Shown: positions 11,341-21,682 of the stretch, piece by piece | Numbering within the stretch: position 1 is the first letter of the stretch | How the letters are laid out: each line of letters opens with the position of its first letter | Source of the DNA: Escherichia coli | GTDB taxonomy: Bacteria; Pseudomonadota; Gammaproteobacteria; Enterobacterales; Enterobacteriaceae | Assembly (NCBI RefSeq): GCF_009931435.1 | Contig: NZ_CP043414.1 | DNA length: 64,000 bases | Reading direction: 5' to 3' (one strand) | Notes under the pieces: model-generated | Seen by the model: the letters and a program-made list of their open reading frames with translations, nothing else | The model's database searches: none | What the model was told of the DNA's origin: nothing | Position numbers and translations under genes: made by a program

Positions 11341-12810
11341 TTATGCTTCTTCAGGTTTGGTGATCACGACACTCTGGTTTTCACGCTCATTGGTGATAAT
11401 AGCCAAAGCTTCTTCCCGGCTGACCTGACTTGCTGGCGTTACCAACGTCACCAGTACGCCAGCGACCAGGCTGCCCAGCACTGACGGAATACACGGGTTA
11501 CCCCAGTAAGCCAGCCAGTCGGCATTCATCAGCACCACAATTGACATCACCATACCGCTCACTAACGCCGCCAGCGCGCCCTGCCAGTTAAAGCGTAGCC
11601 AGAAGCGACCGAGAATCGAGCAGATAAACAGCCCGGACATCAGCATCGAAATCATTTTGGTAATGTAGCTGATGATGTCATTAGAGGTCAGAGCAAAGAC
11701 CAGCGCCAGGCCAATAACAAAGGTCAACATCCAGCGTGAGTAAGTAATGGCCTTGTCCTCCGGCGGCATTCTGCCGGTAATCATGGTGTAGACGTCGCGC
11801 ATCATAATCGCCACTGCCGCAATGGCATCAGAACTGGCAGAAGACATGGTGGCAGAAAGCCCGGCAATCAGCACCACCAGCCCAAGAATGGCAGGTAAGA
11901 AGCTGGTCGCGAACAAGAAGGCATAGTTACTGTTTTCCAGATTCGGGTTCATGGTGAACGCCGCCATGCCGATAATGGCAGGCAGAATCGAGAAGAACAG
12001 ATACAACACGCCAGTAATAACAAATGAACGCCGTACAGAGGGAACGTCTTTTCCCGAGTAAATACGCTGGCGATAAGATGGTGTGGCCAGTACGCCGACA
12101 CCAATAACCAGCGCCAGCGAAAGCGCAGGCAGCACGCCCATTTTATCAATCGCAAACAGGCTCATCGCTTTTGGGTCCATCGCCTGTTCAATCGCACTCC
12201 AGCCACCAACGTGAACAACGGCAAGAATAGCCATTAATATAAAGCCAAAGAACAGAATTAGGGCCTGAATAGTATCTGTCCACACTACCGCCGAATAACC
12301 GCCGATAATAACGTAAATCGCAAAAGCTAAGGCAATAATTAATTTTGCCACCGTAAGATCAATACCTGTCGCCCAGGCAAGATACATACTGCCACCTAAT
12401 ATATGCGCTCCCAGCCAGCCAATAGAGGCAATAAATATCATCAGGCCGACAATATTTTTAATTAAATGGCTGCCGCCAGTATAATAAGATATTTCTTCAC
12501 TCATGGTCATAAAACGTAATTTACGTACCGGTGCAAACAGCCACGCCACCAGTAATATACCTACGGCCCCACCGACGCCATAAAGCATTCCGGCCCAGCC
12601 ATTGCTGTAGCCAAAGCCCACTGCGCCCATACTGGAACCCGTGCCAACCATCGTGGCAACGGTTGACCCCAGCGTCAGAAACAGCGGCAGCGAACGCCCG
12701 CCCAACAGAAAATCTTCTCCGCTTTTCTGATTACGAGAAACAAACCAACCAAGCCAAATCATGGCGATGGCATAAATAATAAAGCCGACTAAAAAGATAT
12801 GACTGTTCAT
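11341..12810 (-). CDS. Sodium:solute symporter family transporter
   Basis: 489 aa polytopic membrane protein with SSS-like N-terminal region (GEDFLLGGRSLP). Confidence 0.75.
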   Translation of the reverse strand: MNSHIFLVGFIIYAIAMIWLGWFVSRNQKSGEDFLLGGRSLPLFLTLGSTVATMVGTGSSMGAVGFGYSNGWAGMLYGVGGAVGILLVAWLFAPVRKLRFMTMSEEISYYTGGSHLIKNIVGLMIFIASIGWLGAHILGGSMYLAWATGIDLTVAKLIIALAFAIYVIIGGYSAVVWTDTIQALILFFGFILMAILAVVHVGGWSAIEQAMDPKAMSLFAIDKMGVLPALSLALVIGVGVLATPSYRQRIYSGKDVPSVRRSFVITGVLYLFFSILPAIIGMAAFTMNPNLENSNYAFLFATSFLPAILGLVVLIAGLSATMSSASSDAIAAVAIMMRDVYTMITGRMPPEDKAITYSRWMLTFVIGLALVFALTSNDIISYITKMISMLMSGLFICSILGRFWLRFNWQGALAALVSGMVMSIVVLMNADWLAYWGNPCIPSVLGSLVAGVLVTLVTPASQVSREEALAIITNERENQSVVITKPEEA

Positions 12811-12912
12811 AATTCACATCCTGCCAGTAGAGAGAGAATAATGTAAGAGTTCCCGGAGTGCTGAATGTATTCAGCACTCAATTGCGGTCTGTTTTTTTAA
12901 TTCTTAAATTTA

Positions 12913-13308
12913 TTAGCGGGTCGCGTTATAACAGGTCACATCGACTTCGACTTTACAATCGACAACCAGATCAGCCACACAACAAATACGTGCAGGCGGA
13001 TTCTCGCCAAAAAATTCTCTGAATACTTTATTAAATGACTGGAAATAGCGGGCGTCGGTCAGGATCACTTTCACGTGAACCACATCCGCCAGGCTATAAC
13101 CGGCTTCAGTCATGATGTCGACACAGTTTTGGATCGCCAGTCGTGACTGTTCAACGATTCCGCCTTCTACCACTTCACCGTTTTTCATGGGTGTTTGCCC
13201 GGAGACGTACAGCCAGCCGCCCGCCTCAACCGCCCTGGCAAAAGGCAAATGCTGCCCGCCAGTGCCTGTTCCACCTTCCGTACCGTAACGTTTAATGCTC
13301 ATATTCAC
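12913..13308 (-). CDS. RidA/YjgF-family enamine/imine deaminase
   Basis: 131 aa, RidA-like size and sequence; real start may be the M at 13302. Confidence 0.7.
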   Translation of the reverse strand: MNMSIKRYGTEGGTGTGGQHLPFARAVEAGGWLYVSGQTPMKNGEVVEGGIVEQSRLAIQNCVDIMTEAGYSLADVVHVKVILTDARYFQSFNKVFREFFGENPPARICCVADLVVDCKVEVDVTCYNATR

Positions 13309-13311
13309 TCC

Positions 13312-14763
13312 TTAATGTGAGGTCTGCCGGCGCAGGAAGCGTCCCGCACGGCCTGTAATATGTTTATCGCGACCATAGCTCATAACGCCGTTCACCATCA
13401 CCGCCTCAATGCCATCTGCCGGGCGTTTGGGATCAGAAAAGCTGGCAACATCACGAATGGTTTGTGGATCGAACAACACCAGGTCCGCAAAATAACCGAC
13501 TTTCACCAGTCCACGCTGGGGCAGGCGAAAACGGCTGGCAGAAAGCCCGGTCATTTTGTGGATAGCCGTGGTCAGTGGGAATAAGCCTTCATCACGGCAA
13601 TAGTGGCCCAGCACACGAGGGAAGGCGCCCCATAAACGTGGATGCGGCATGGGATCATTGGGCAGGCCGTCAGAGCCAATCATACTGACCGGATAACTCA
13701 ACACTCGGCGGACGTCGCGCTCGTCCATGTTGTAATAGATAGCCCCGGCAGGCATTAGCAGCTTCGCGGCCTCCAGCATACTCATCTGCCAGTCGATGGC
13801 GATTTGCGCCAGTGTTTTCCCGGCCTGCTGCGGATGTGTTTGTGACCAGGTGATCATAATATCGAATTCGTCGGTGACTTGTTTGAGATCCAGCGTTGAA
13901 GAGCTGGCTGAGTAAGGGTAGACATCGCAGCCAATTTCCTGGTGTTGACGCATTTGGTCAAAAAAGGCCAACGTTTCTTTTGTCCGCCCCCAGTTTTTCG
14001 CCCCGGCGCATTTATGATGGGAAACCACGACAGGCACTTTGCCATGACGCCCAATACGAAACGCCTCATCCAGGGCATCGAGAATCGGTTCAAATTCAGA
14101 ACGCAGGTGGGTGGTATAAACGCCCTTCTCACCGGCTAATTCTTCCGCCAGCGCCATGACTTCTTCGGTAGTCGCCTGAAATGCTGTGGCATAGGCCAGC
14201 CCGGAACTTAACCCCAGCGCCCCCTGACTCAACGCCAGACGTAAGTCGGCGCGCATGGCGGCAATTTCATCCGCCGTCGCCGGGCGAAACAGGTCGTCCA
14301 TATGGTTATTACGCAGCGCCGTATGACCAATCAGCGTGCCAACGTTCAGTGACGGCCTGGCTGCTTCCACTGCCTGGGCATAGCTTTCAACGGTAGGATA
14401 AATAAAGTGCTCCGCTTCCCCCAACAGATTCATCGGGTCAGGAACTTCACCTTTCATTTTCGCCGACGCCGCACTGATCCCGCAGTTACCGACAATCACC
14501 GTAGTGATCCCCTGACTGATCTTTGGCAGATATTCCGGGATGCGAATAACGTTGATATCGTCATGGGTATGAACGTCGATAAACCCTGGTGCCAGCACCC
14601 GCCCTTCCCCGTCAATGACCTGCTGCGCCGTAGCGTTAAGCGCAGGGGCAATATCGACAATCCGATCACCTGTTATTGCCACGTCACCGCGAAATTCAGG
14701 GCCGCCGCTACCGTCGATAACGGTCACATTTTTGATTAACCAGTCAACCTGCATGTTCGTCAC
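13312..14763 (-). CDS. N-acyl-D-amino-acid deacylase (D-aminoacylase), amidohydrolase superfamily
   Basis: 483 aa; metal-binding HTHDD motif near N-terminus (GFIDVHTHDD); D-aminoacylase-like overall. Confidence 0.72.
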   Translation of the reverse strand: MTNMQVDWLIKNVTVIDGSGGPEFRGDVAITGDRIVDIAPALNATAQQVIDGEGRVLAPGFIDVHTHDDINVIRIPEYLPKISQGITTVIVGNCGISAASAKMKGEVPDPMNLLGEAEHFIYPTVESYAQAVEAARPSLNVGTLIGHTALRNNHMDDLFRPATADEIAAMRADLRLALSQGALGLSSGLAYATAFQATTEEVMALAEELAGEKGVYTTHLRSEFEPILDALDEAFRIGRHGKVPVVVSHHKCAGAKNWGRTKETLAFFDQMRQHQEIGCDVYPYSASSSTLDLKQVTDEFDIMITWSQTHPQQAGKTLAQIAIDWQMSMLEAAKLLMPAGAIYYNMDERDVRRVLSYPVSMIGSDGLPNDPMPHPRLWGAFPRVLGHYCRDEGLFPLTTAIHKMTGLSASRFRLPQRGLVKVGYFADLVLFDPQTIRDVASFSDPKRPADGIEAVMVNGVMSYGRDKHITGRAGRFLRRQTSH

Positions 14764-14954
14764 TCCATTTCTGCAATGGTGACAAGTTAACCATTTACAA
14801 GGACGAAAAACAGTGGAAAACTACGCAAAACCCAGATGATTTTCTGATACTTTTATTCATAAACTATAAGATAAATAAACTAAATATTTATATTTCATTT
14901 AGTTACAAATGATACTCACATCCGATACGGTGAAAAACTTAAAAGGTAAATGTT

Positions 14955-16175
14955 ATGAAATACCACTCAGAACCTCTGGTTCCCCATAAATCGGCCCTGA
15001 TGCAAATGCCCGCAAATCTCCTTGCCGAAGATGTCTGTTTACCTGCCGCGATCATTAAAAAGCAGGCCCTGGAGAACAACATTACGTGGATGCAGCGTTA
15101 TGCTGACGCGCGCGGCGTTTCGCTGGCACCGCACGGTAAAACCACCATGACGCCGTGGATTTTTCAGGCGCAGCAGGCAGCTGGTGCCTGGGCAATAGGT
15201 GTCGGTAGCGCATGGCAGGCTGGTGCGGCAATGGCGAGCGGTATTCAGCGAGTGCTGATGGTTAACCAGCTGGTCGGCAAGGCGAATATGCAGTTGATTG
15301 CCCAGTTGCAACGACATTACCCGACGGTCGATTTTATCTGCTGTATCGACAGCATTGAGAACGCCCGCGCTTTGTCTGCCTTTTTTGCCAGTCAGCAACA
15401 GACACTGAACGTGATGATTGAGTTGGGTGTCCCCGGCGGACGCTGTGGCTGCCGCTCAACGGATGCCGCACTGGCACTGGCTAAACAGGCGGCCCAATTA
15501 CCAGGGCTACGTCTGCGCGGGCTTGAGTTATATGAAGGTGTTTTACACGGTGACGATCCACAACCGCAGGTAGAAGCACTGCTGCGGGATGCCGCACAAC
15601 TGGCCTGTGATATGGCAAGTCTGGTTGATGGCGAATTTATTCTCACCGGAGCAGGCACGGTCTGGTATGACGTGGTGTGCAATATCTGGCTGGCGGCAGA
15701 AAAGCCTGATAACTGCCGCATTGTTATTCGCCCTGGCTGCTACATCACTCACGACACCGGGATCTACGACGCGGCACAACAACAGTTGCTTGCCCGCGAT
15801 CCTGTGGCCTGCGATCTGGCAGGCGATCTCACATCTGCGCTGGAACTGGTCGCCATGGTGCAATCGGTGCCGGAAGCTGATCGTGCGGTGGTAAATTTTG
15901 GTAAGCGTGATTGCGCCTTCGACGCCGGACTGCCGCAACCAGTCGCCCACTACCGCAACGGCAAATCACTGGCATTTGATCCACAGGCGATTCGCAGTAC
16001 AGGCATTATGGATCAGCACTGCATGTTGCAACTGTCAGCTAATAGCGACGTGCAAGTGGGGGATATTCTGGTGTTTGGCACATCGCATCCGTGCCTGACC
16101 TTCGACAAATGGAAAGCGTTGTTATTGACTGATGACGACTACAACGTACTGGCGGAATTAGACACTCTCTTCTAA
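14955..16175 (+). CDS. PLP-dependent alanine-racemase-fold enzyme, DSD1-like (D-serine / D-threo-hydroxy-amino-acid dehydratase or aldolase type)
   Basis: 406 aa; PHGKTT motif with candidate PLP lysine; divergent from the aminoacylase operon. Confidence 0.65.
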   Translation: MKYHSEPLVPHKSALMQMPANLLAEDVCLPAAIIKKQALENNITWMQRYADARGVSLAPHGKTTMTPWIFQAQQAAGAWAIGVGSAWQAGAAMASGIQRVLMVNQLVGKANMQLIAQLQRHYPTVDFICCIDSIENARALSAFFASQQQTLNVMIELGVPGGRCGCRSTDAALALAKQAAQLPGLRLRGLELYEGVLHGDDPQPQVEALLRDAAQLACDMASLVDGEFILTGAGTVWYDVVCNIWLAAEKPDNCRIVIRPGCYITHDTGIYDAAQQQLLARDPVACDLAGDLTSALELVAMVQSVPEADRAVVNFGKRDCAFDAGLPQPVAHYRNGKSLAFDPQAIRSTGIMDQHCMLQLSANSDVQVGDILVFGTSHPCLTFDKWKALLLTDDDYNVLAELDTLF

Positions 16176-16180
16176 GAATA

Positions 16181-16214
16181 CCCCTTCGGTTAATTATCGA
16201 AGGGGCATTTTTAT
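16181..16214 (+). terminator. Rho-independent terminator after the DSD1-like gene
   Basis: ccccttcg ... cgaagggg stem followed by cattttta T-run. Confidence 0.55.
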
Positions 16215-16442
16215 TGTGATCTCAATCACATATCCACCCGACGAATAATTCTTGCCCAACCGCTCACCGCCATTCCTGACCGCTTACGTCCCAAATATAA
16301 CCACTCAGTTATTTACCTTACTTTACGCGCGCGTAACTCTGGCAACATCACTGCAGGATAGCGGTCAATTTACCTCCTCAAACGCAACGCAAACCTAGAA
16401 CGGCTTCGGCCAACTATTAATCAATACATGCCAGGTTTTACT

Positions 16443-18593
16443 ATGGATACTAAAAAGATATTCAAGCACATACCCTGGGTGATTCTTGGAATCATCGGTG
16501 CATTCTGCCTCGCGGTAGTTGCATTACGTCGGGGGGAGCACGTCAGCGCCCTGTGGATCGTGGTCGCCTCTGTGTCGGTGTATCTGGTGGCTTATCGCTA
16601 CTACAGTCTGTACATCGCCCAGAAGGTGATGAAACTCGACCCCACGCGCGCGACGCCTGCGGTTATTAACAATGACGGTCTGAACTATGTTCCGACCAAC
16701 CGTTACGTGTTGTTTGGTCACCACTTCGCCGCTATCGCCGGTGCGGGTCCGCTGGTTGGTCCGGTTCTCGCCGCGCAGATGGGTTACCTGCCTGGCACAC
16801 TGTGGCTGCTGGCGGGGGTAGTGCTGGCCGGTGCGGTACAGGACTTTATGGTGCTGTTTATCTCTTCTCGCCGTAACGGCGCATCTCTCGGTGAGATGAT
16901 CAAAGAAGAGATGGGGCCAGTACCGGGGACTATCGCGCTGTTTGGCTGTTTCTTAATCATGATCATCATCCTCGCCGTTCTGGCGCTGATTGTGGTTAAA
17001 GCCCTGGCCGAAAGTCCGTGGGGGGTCTTCACCGTTTGCTCAACCGTACCGATTGCGCTGTTCATGGGTATCTACATGCGCTTTATCCGTCCGGGGCGTG
17101 TAGGTGAAGTCTCTGTTATTGGTATCGTGCTGCTGGTTGCCTCTATCTACTTCGGTGGCGTGATTGCTCACGATCCGTACTGGGGTCCGGCACTGACCTT
17201 TAAAGACACCACAATTACCTTCGCACTGATTGGCTATGCGTTTGTTTCCGCACTGCTGCCGGTGTGGCTGATCCTCGCACCGCGCGACTATCTGGCAACC
17301 TTCCTGAAAATCGGCGTTATCGTCGGCCTGGCGCTGGGTATCGTGGTGCTGAACCCGGAACTGAAAATGCCTGCGATGACCCAGTACATTGACGGTACTG
17401 GCCCGTTGTGGAAAGGCGCTCTGTTCCCGTTCCTGTTCATCACCATCGCCTGTGGTGCGGTATCTGGCTTCCACGCGCTGATCTCTTCCGGTACAACGCC
17501 GAAATTGCTGGCTAACGAAACCGACGCGCGTTTCATTGGCTACGGCGCAATGCTGATGGAGTCCTTCGTGGCGATTATGGCGCTGGTTGCTGCGTCCATC
17601 ATCGAACCGGGTCTTTACTTCGCGATGAATACCCCGCCTGCGGGCCTTGGCATCACCATGCCTAACCTGCATGAAATGGGTGGCGAGAACGCGCCGATCA
17701 TCATGGCGCAGCTGAAAGACGTTACCGCACACGCGGCAGCGACTGTCAGCTCCTGGGGCTTCGTGATTTCGCCAGAGCAGATCCTGCAAACCGCGAAAGA
17801 CATTGGTGAGCCTTCTGTCCTGAACCGTGCAGGTGGTGCGCCGACGCTGGCGGTAGGTATCGCTCACGTGTTCCACAAAGTGCTGCCGATGGCTGACATG
17901 GGCTTCTGGTATCACTTCGGTATTCTGTTCGAAGCCCTGTTCATCCTGACCGCGCTGGATGCGGGTACCCGTTCTGGCCGCTTTATGCTGCAAGACCTGC
18001 TGGGTAACTTCATCCCGTTCCTGAAAAAAACCGACTCTCTGGTTGCCGGCATCATCGGTACTGCGGGCTGTGTGGGTCTGTGGGGCTACCTGCTGTATCA
18101 GGGCGTGGTCGATCCGCTGGGCGGCGTTAAGAGCCTGTGGCCGCTGTTCGGTATCTCCAACCAGATGCTGGCAGCCGTAGCGCTGGTACTGGGCACCGTT
18201 GTGCTGATTAAGATGAAGCGCACCCAATACATCTGGGTGACTGTTGTTCCGGCTGTATGGCTGCTTATCTGCACCACCTGGGCGCTGGGCCTGAAACTGT
18301 TCAGCACCAACCCGCAGATGGAAGGCTTCTTCTACATGGCAAGCCAGTACAAAGAGAAGATTGCTAACGGTACTGACCTGACGGCACAGCAGATTGCCAA
18401 CATGAACCACATCGTTGTGAACAACTACACCAACGCGGGTCTGAGTATTCTGTTCCTGATTGTGGTGTACAGCATCATCTTCTACGGTTTCAAAACCTGG
18501 CTGAAGGTGCGTAACAGCGACAAACGTACTGACAAAGAAACTCCGTACGTTCCAATCCCGGAAGGCGGCGTGAAGATCTCTTCGCACCACTAA
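16443..18593 (+). CDS. btsT: Pyruvate/H+ symporter BtsT (CstA family)
   Basis: Start chosen at MDTKKIFKHIPWVILG (716 aa); large polytopic CstA-like protein. Confidence 0.9.
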   Translation: MDTKKIFKHIPWVILGIIGAFCLAVVALRRGEHVSALWIVVASVSVYLVAYRYYSLYIAQKVMKLDPTRATPAVINNDGLNYVPTNRYVLFGHHFAAIAGAGPLVGPVLAAQMGYLPGTLWLLAGVVLAGAVQDFMVLFISSRRNGASLGEMIKEEMGPVPGTIALFGCFLIMIIILAVLALIVVKALAESPWGVFTVCSTVPIALFMGIYMRFIRPGRVGEVSVIGIVLLVASIYFGGVIAHDPYWGPALTFKDTTITFALIGYAFVSALLPVWLILAPRDYLATFLKIGVIVGLALGIVVLNPELKMPAMTQYIDGTGPLWKGALFPFLFITIACGAVSGFHALISSGTTPKLLANETDARFIGYGAMLMESFVAIMALVAASIIEPGLYFAMNTPPAGLGITMPNLHEMGGENAPIIMAQLKDVTAHAAATVSSWGFVISPEQILQTAKDIGEPSVLNRAGGAPTLAVGIAHVFHKVLPMADMGFWYHFGILFEALFILTALDAGTRSGRFMLQDLLGNFIPFLKKTDSLVAGIIGTAGCVGLWGYLLYQGVVDPLGGVKSLWPLFGISNQMLAAVALVLGTVVLIKMKRTQYIWVTVVPAVWLLICTTWALGLKLFSTNPQMEGFFYMASQYKEKIANGTDLTAQQIANMNHIVVNNYTNAGLSILFLIVVYSIIFYGFKTWLKVRNSDKRTDKETPYVPIPEGGVKISSHH

Positions 18594-18601
18594 CCGTGTT
18601 T

Positions 18602-18629
18602 AGCCCCGCTTCGGCGGGGCTTTGTTCTT
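18602..18629 (+). terminator. Hairpin agccccgc-ttcg-gcggggct followed by T-rich tract, between btsT and yjiX
   Basis: GC stem, tetraloop and ttgttctt read directly. Confidence 0.5.
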
Positions 18630-18642
18630 ATCAGAGTGAACT

Positions 18643-18846
18643 ATGTTTGGTAACTTAGGACAGGCAAAAAAATATCTCGGCCAGGCGGCGAAGATGTTGA
18701 TTGGCATTCCAGACTACGACAACTACGTCGAGCATATGAAGACCAACCATCCCGACAAGCCGTACATGAGCTATGAAGAATTCTTCCGCGAACGCCAGAA
18801 CGCGCGCTACGGCGGCGATGGTAAAGGCGGTATGCGCTGTTGTTAA
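18643..18846 (+). CDS. yjiX: Small protein YjiX (DUF466)
   Basis: 67-aa ORF directly downstream of the cstA-family gene, the conserved pairing. Confidence 0.8.
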
Positions 18847-18856
18847 TGGAGAGAGC

Positions 18857-19813
18857 ATGAACCCGATTGCAGTTACCCTACTCACCGGTTTTTTAGGCGC
18901 AGGCAAAACCACCCTGCTGCGCCATATTCTTAATGAACAGCACGGCTACAAGATTGCCGTGATTGAAAACGAATTCGGCGAAGTCTCCGTTGATGATCAA
19001 CTGATTGGCGACCGCGCCACGCAGATCAAAACGCTGACCAACGGCTGCATCTGTTGTTCGCGCTCCAACGAGCTGGAGGACGCGCTACTCGACCTGCTGG
19101 ATAATCTCGACAAGGGCAATATTCAGTTCGATCGTCTGGTCATTGAATGCACCGGCATGGCCGATCCCGGCCCGATTATTCAGACCTTTTTCTCCCATGA
19201 GATTTTATGCCAGCGTTACCTGCTGGACGGCGTGATTGCGCTGGTGGATGCGGTACATGCCGATGAGCAGATGAACCAGTTCACCATCGCCCAGTCACAG
19301 GTTGGCTACGCCGACCGCATTCTGCTGACCAAAACCGACGTCGCAGGCGAAGCAGAAAAACTGCGTGAACGCCTGGCACGCATCAACGCCCGCGCACCGG
19401 TCTACACCGTCACCCACGGCGACATCGATCTGGGCCTGCTGTTCAACACCAACGGTTTTATGCTGGAAGAAAACGTCGTCAGCACCAAACCGCGTTTCCA
19501 CTTTATCGCGGATAAACAAAACGATATTTCGTCGATTGTGGTAGAACTGGATTACCCGGTAGATATCAGCGAAGTTTCCCGCGTGATGGAAAACCTGCTG
19601 CTGGAGTCGGCGGATAAACTGCTGCGTTACAAAGGGATGCTATGGATTGACGGCGAACCAAATCGCCTGCTGTTCCAGGGCGTCCAGCGCCTCTACAGCG
19701 CCGACTGGGACCGCCCGTGGGGCGATGAAAAACCGCATAGCACGATGGTGTTTATCGGGATTCAGCTGCCGGAGGAAGAGATTCGGGCTGCGTTTGCGGG
19801 GTTGAGGAAGTAA
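18857..19813 (+). CDS. yjiA: CobW/P47K-family GTPase YjiA
   Basis: Start at MNPIAVTLLTGFLGAGKTTLL (P-loop); 318 aa; ORF-track start at 18773 overlaps yjiX and is rejected. Confidence 0.9.
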   Translation: MNPIAVTLLTGFLGAGKTTLLRHILNEQHGYKIAVIENEFGEVSVDDQLIGDRATQIKTLTNGCICCSRSNELEDALLDLLDNLDKGNIQFDRLVIECTGMADPGPIIQTFFSHEILCQRYLLDGVIALVDAVHADEQMNQFTIAQSQVGYADRILLTKTDVAGEAEKLRERLARINARAPVYTVTHGDIDLGLLFNTNGFMLEENVVSTKPRFHFIADKQNDISSIVVELDYPVDISEVSRVMENLLLESADKLLRYKGMLWIDGEPNRLLFQGVQRLYSADWDRPWGDEKPHSTMVFIGIQLPEEEIRAAFAGLRK

Positions 19814-19827
19814 AATTTCACATTTTT

Positions 19828-19863
19828 CTTAAGCCGGAAGATATATATACCCCACCGGCTTAA
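19828..19863. terminator. Inverted repeat cttaagccgg / ccggcttaag between convergent yjiA and the 249-aa gene
   Basis: 10-bp perfect inverted repeat with 16-nt AT-rich spacer; candidate bidirectional terminator. Confidence 0.35.
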
Positions 19864-19878
19864 GAAAGTGCAATTCTC

Positions 19879-20628
19879 TTATGAAACATCACGAAATACA
19901 CAGGTAAGTTCTTTAGGACTTGCTTTCCATATATGGTCAAAGCCACTCGACAGCATGACTTCTATTTTTCCTTCCGGACTTTCAATTAGTAAATAGCGAT
20001 CATGGCAGTTTGTATATTTGGGATTTGTAGTGATTTGCACACTCCATTCAGGATGGATACAATGAACAAAATTACTATTTATTTTACTTCCGTTTTGGAC
20101 TGCAGCGACACCTACTGCGATTTCTGAAAATTCAATAACAAGCTCTTTTCTAGGTAGTACGGAATGAAATAAGCTGCATGTATTCTCCCAATTCTGTGCA
20201 AAGTAATTATCGCATATAATTACTTTTTTTGCATTGCAACATAGCATTTCCAGATACTTTTTTAAATATATTCTATTATCTGTAGGGCTTAATGTAACGG
20301 TAACTTGATTATTAACCATACCTTTTTTATAATGTACAAAGGGAAGTGATAAATTATCATTCTCAGTAAGGATTATTTTCAACAACGATTTAGATGCTAA
20401 AGTAACAAGATCATCATCACTTTCAGGCTGACTTGCTAACATAGATAAATATTGTCGATATTCTAACTCCGGCATCTTCAATCCTAAATTTCTTGCCTCA
20501 ATCCATTGCCTTTTGTTAGTTAAATAAGGTAGTACTAGTTTTTTATGTAATCTCTTCACCTTATTCTTATCATCCATATTTTCATATGCAACTAATAAAG
20601 ATGTATCAAGAACCATTTGATAAGACAT
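19879..20628 (-). CDS. Hypothetical 249-aa protein, third gene of the DUF262-ATPase operon (candidate effector)
   Basis: ATG at 20628 lies 4 nt after the ATPase stop with GAGG RBS inside the upstream gene; AT-rich; no motif I can assign. Confidence 0.6.
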   Translation of the reverse strand: MSYQMVLDTSLLVAYENMDDKNKVKRLHKKLVLPYLTNKRQWIEARNLGLKMPELEYRQYLSMLASQPESDDDLVTLASKSLLKIILTENDNLSLPFVHYKKGMVNNQVTVTLSPTDNRIYLKKYLEMLCCNAKKVIICDNYFAQNWENTCSLFHSVLPRKELVIEFSEIAVGVAAVQNGSKINSNFVHCIHPEWSVQITTNPKYTNCHDRYLLIESPEGKIEVMLSSGFDHIWKASPKELTCVFRDVS

Positions 20629-20632
20629 TTCT

Positions 20633-21682
20633 TTACCTCATCTTCATCAAATCATCTAAGGTTGCATCAAAAAAACCTAAAGGGAATCCCGTAACATTCT
20701 CTTGCAGATCGGTAAATTTCCCACCTTCATTAACTCTCATCGAGATAAAATCTTTATCCACATCAGGTTTATAATGTACAGAAATATCCTCAGAAGTTAT
20801 AACATCTTCATAAACCAAATACGCAAGTTTATTGATTAAATGTTCACAATGCGTTTCTACAATAATCTGGATACCCTTACTTGCTACAAATGCTAAAAAA
20901 ATTGCCAAATGAGACTGCGCTTTCGGATGCAATTGAATTTCGGGATTTTCTAGCAAAATAAGATCGCCTTTTTTTGCCATCAAACAAATAATCAAAACCT
21001 TTGCAATATAACTCATCCCAGCCCCAAGATTAAGAGGAGAAACATTTCCTTCAAGCTCTTTTAAGGTAAAAGCGACCTTAATCTGGTCACCAACTTTTTC
21101 AGTAACTAATTCAGACGTCGTTCCTGTAATCAGTTTCAACCAATAAGATAATTGATATGCAAGTGTTGTAGATTCGTGAACTTTCACCAGATATTCAGGT
21201 ACTGGCAAATGTTTCATTTTATCAAATGTTGAAAACAAGAATTCTCCTGCAACACCTACTCGACGTTCTGCGGTGGGCACAAATTCTTGTGCCCCCAAGC
21301 GGTTGGCATTCAGATAGAGCAACTCAGGTTCACTACCAGGCACTCTTGGCTCGTATTGATATCCCAGACGACTATCAATTTCGATATTTTCTGAGTTGAG
21401 CGTTAACGAATGAGAATTTTTTTCTGTATCCTGGACTGTTATAACAATAGATTTTGCGTTATTTTTTTTATTTCTAATAACAGGAAAATCAGCTAGAAAT
21501 CGGATAACTTCTTCCATACTATACTGATTAACAGAAGCGCTATTTTTAATTAGTAACATCAATGCCTGAATAACGCTGGATTTACCAGAAGAGTTAGTTC
21601 CAGTTAAAATGGTCAGTGGTGATAACACCAGACTTGTTGAGCCTAAACTTTTAAATCCTTGAATGTTAATATTTGTAAGCAT
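20633..21682 (-). CDS. P-loop ATPase (ABC/AAA_21-like), second gene of the DUF262-ATPase operon
   Basis: Walker A GTNSSGKSS near N-terminus; Walker B-like DLILLENPEIQLHP; start overlaps upstream gene by 17 nt. Confidence 0.75.
   Translation of the reverse strand: MLTNINIQGFKSLGSTSLVLSPLTILTGTNSSGKSSVIQALMLLIKNSASVNQYSMEEVIRFLADFPVIRNKKNNAKSIVITVQDTEKNSHSLTLNSENIEIDSRLGYQYEPRVPGSEPELLYLNANRLGAQEFVPTAERRVGVAGEFLFSTFDKMKHLPVPEYLVKVHESTTLAYQLSYWLKLITGTTSELVTEKVGDQIKVAFTLKELEGNVSPLNLGAGMSYIAKVLIICLMAKKGDLILLENPEIQLHPKAQSHLAIFLAFVASKGIQIIVETHCEHLINKLAYLVYEDVITSEDISVHYKPDVDKDFISMRVNEGGKFTDLQENVTGFPLGFFDATLDDLMKMR

Noticed and set aside
17040-18590. 516-aa minus-strand ORF
   Set aside because: Lies entirely antisense within btsT; Arg/His/Gln-rich low-complexity translation typical of a spurious reverse-frame ORF in a GC-rich gene.
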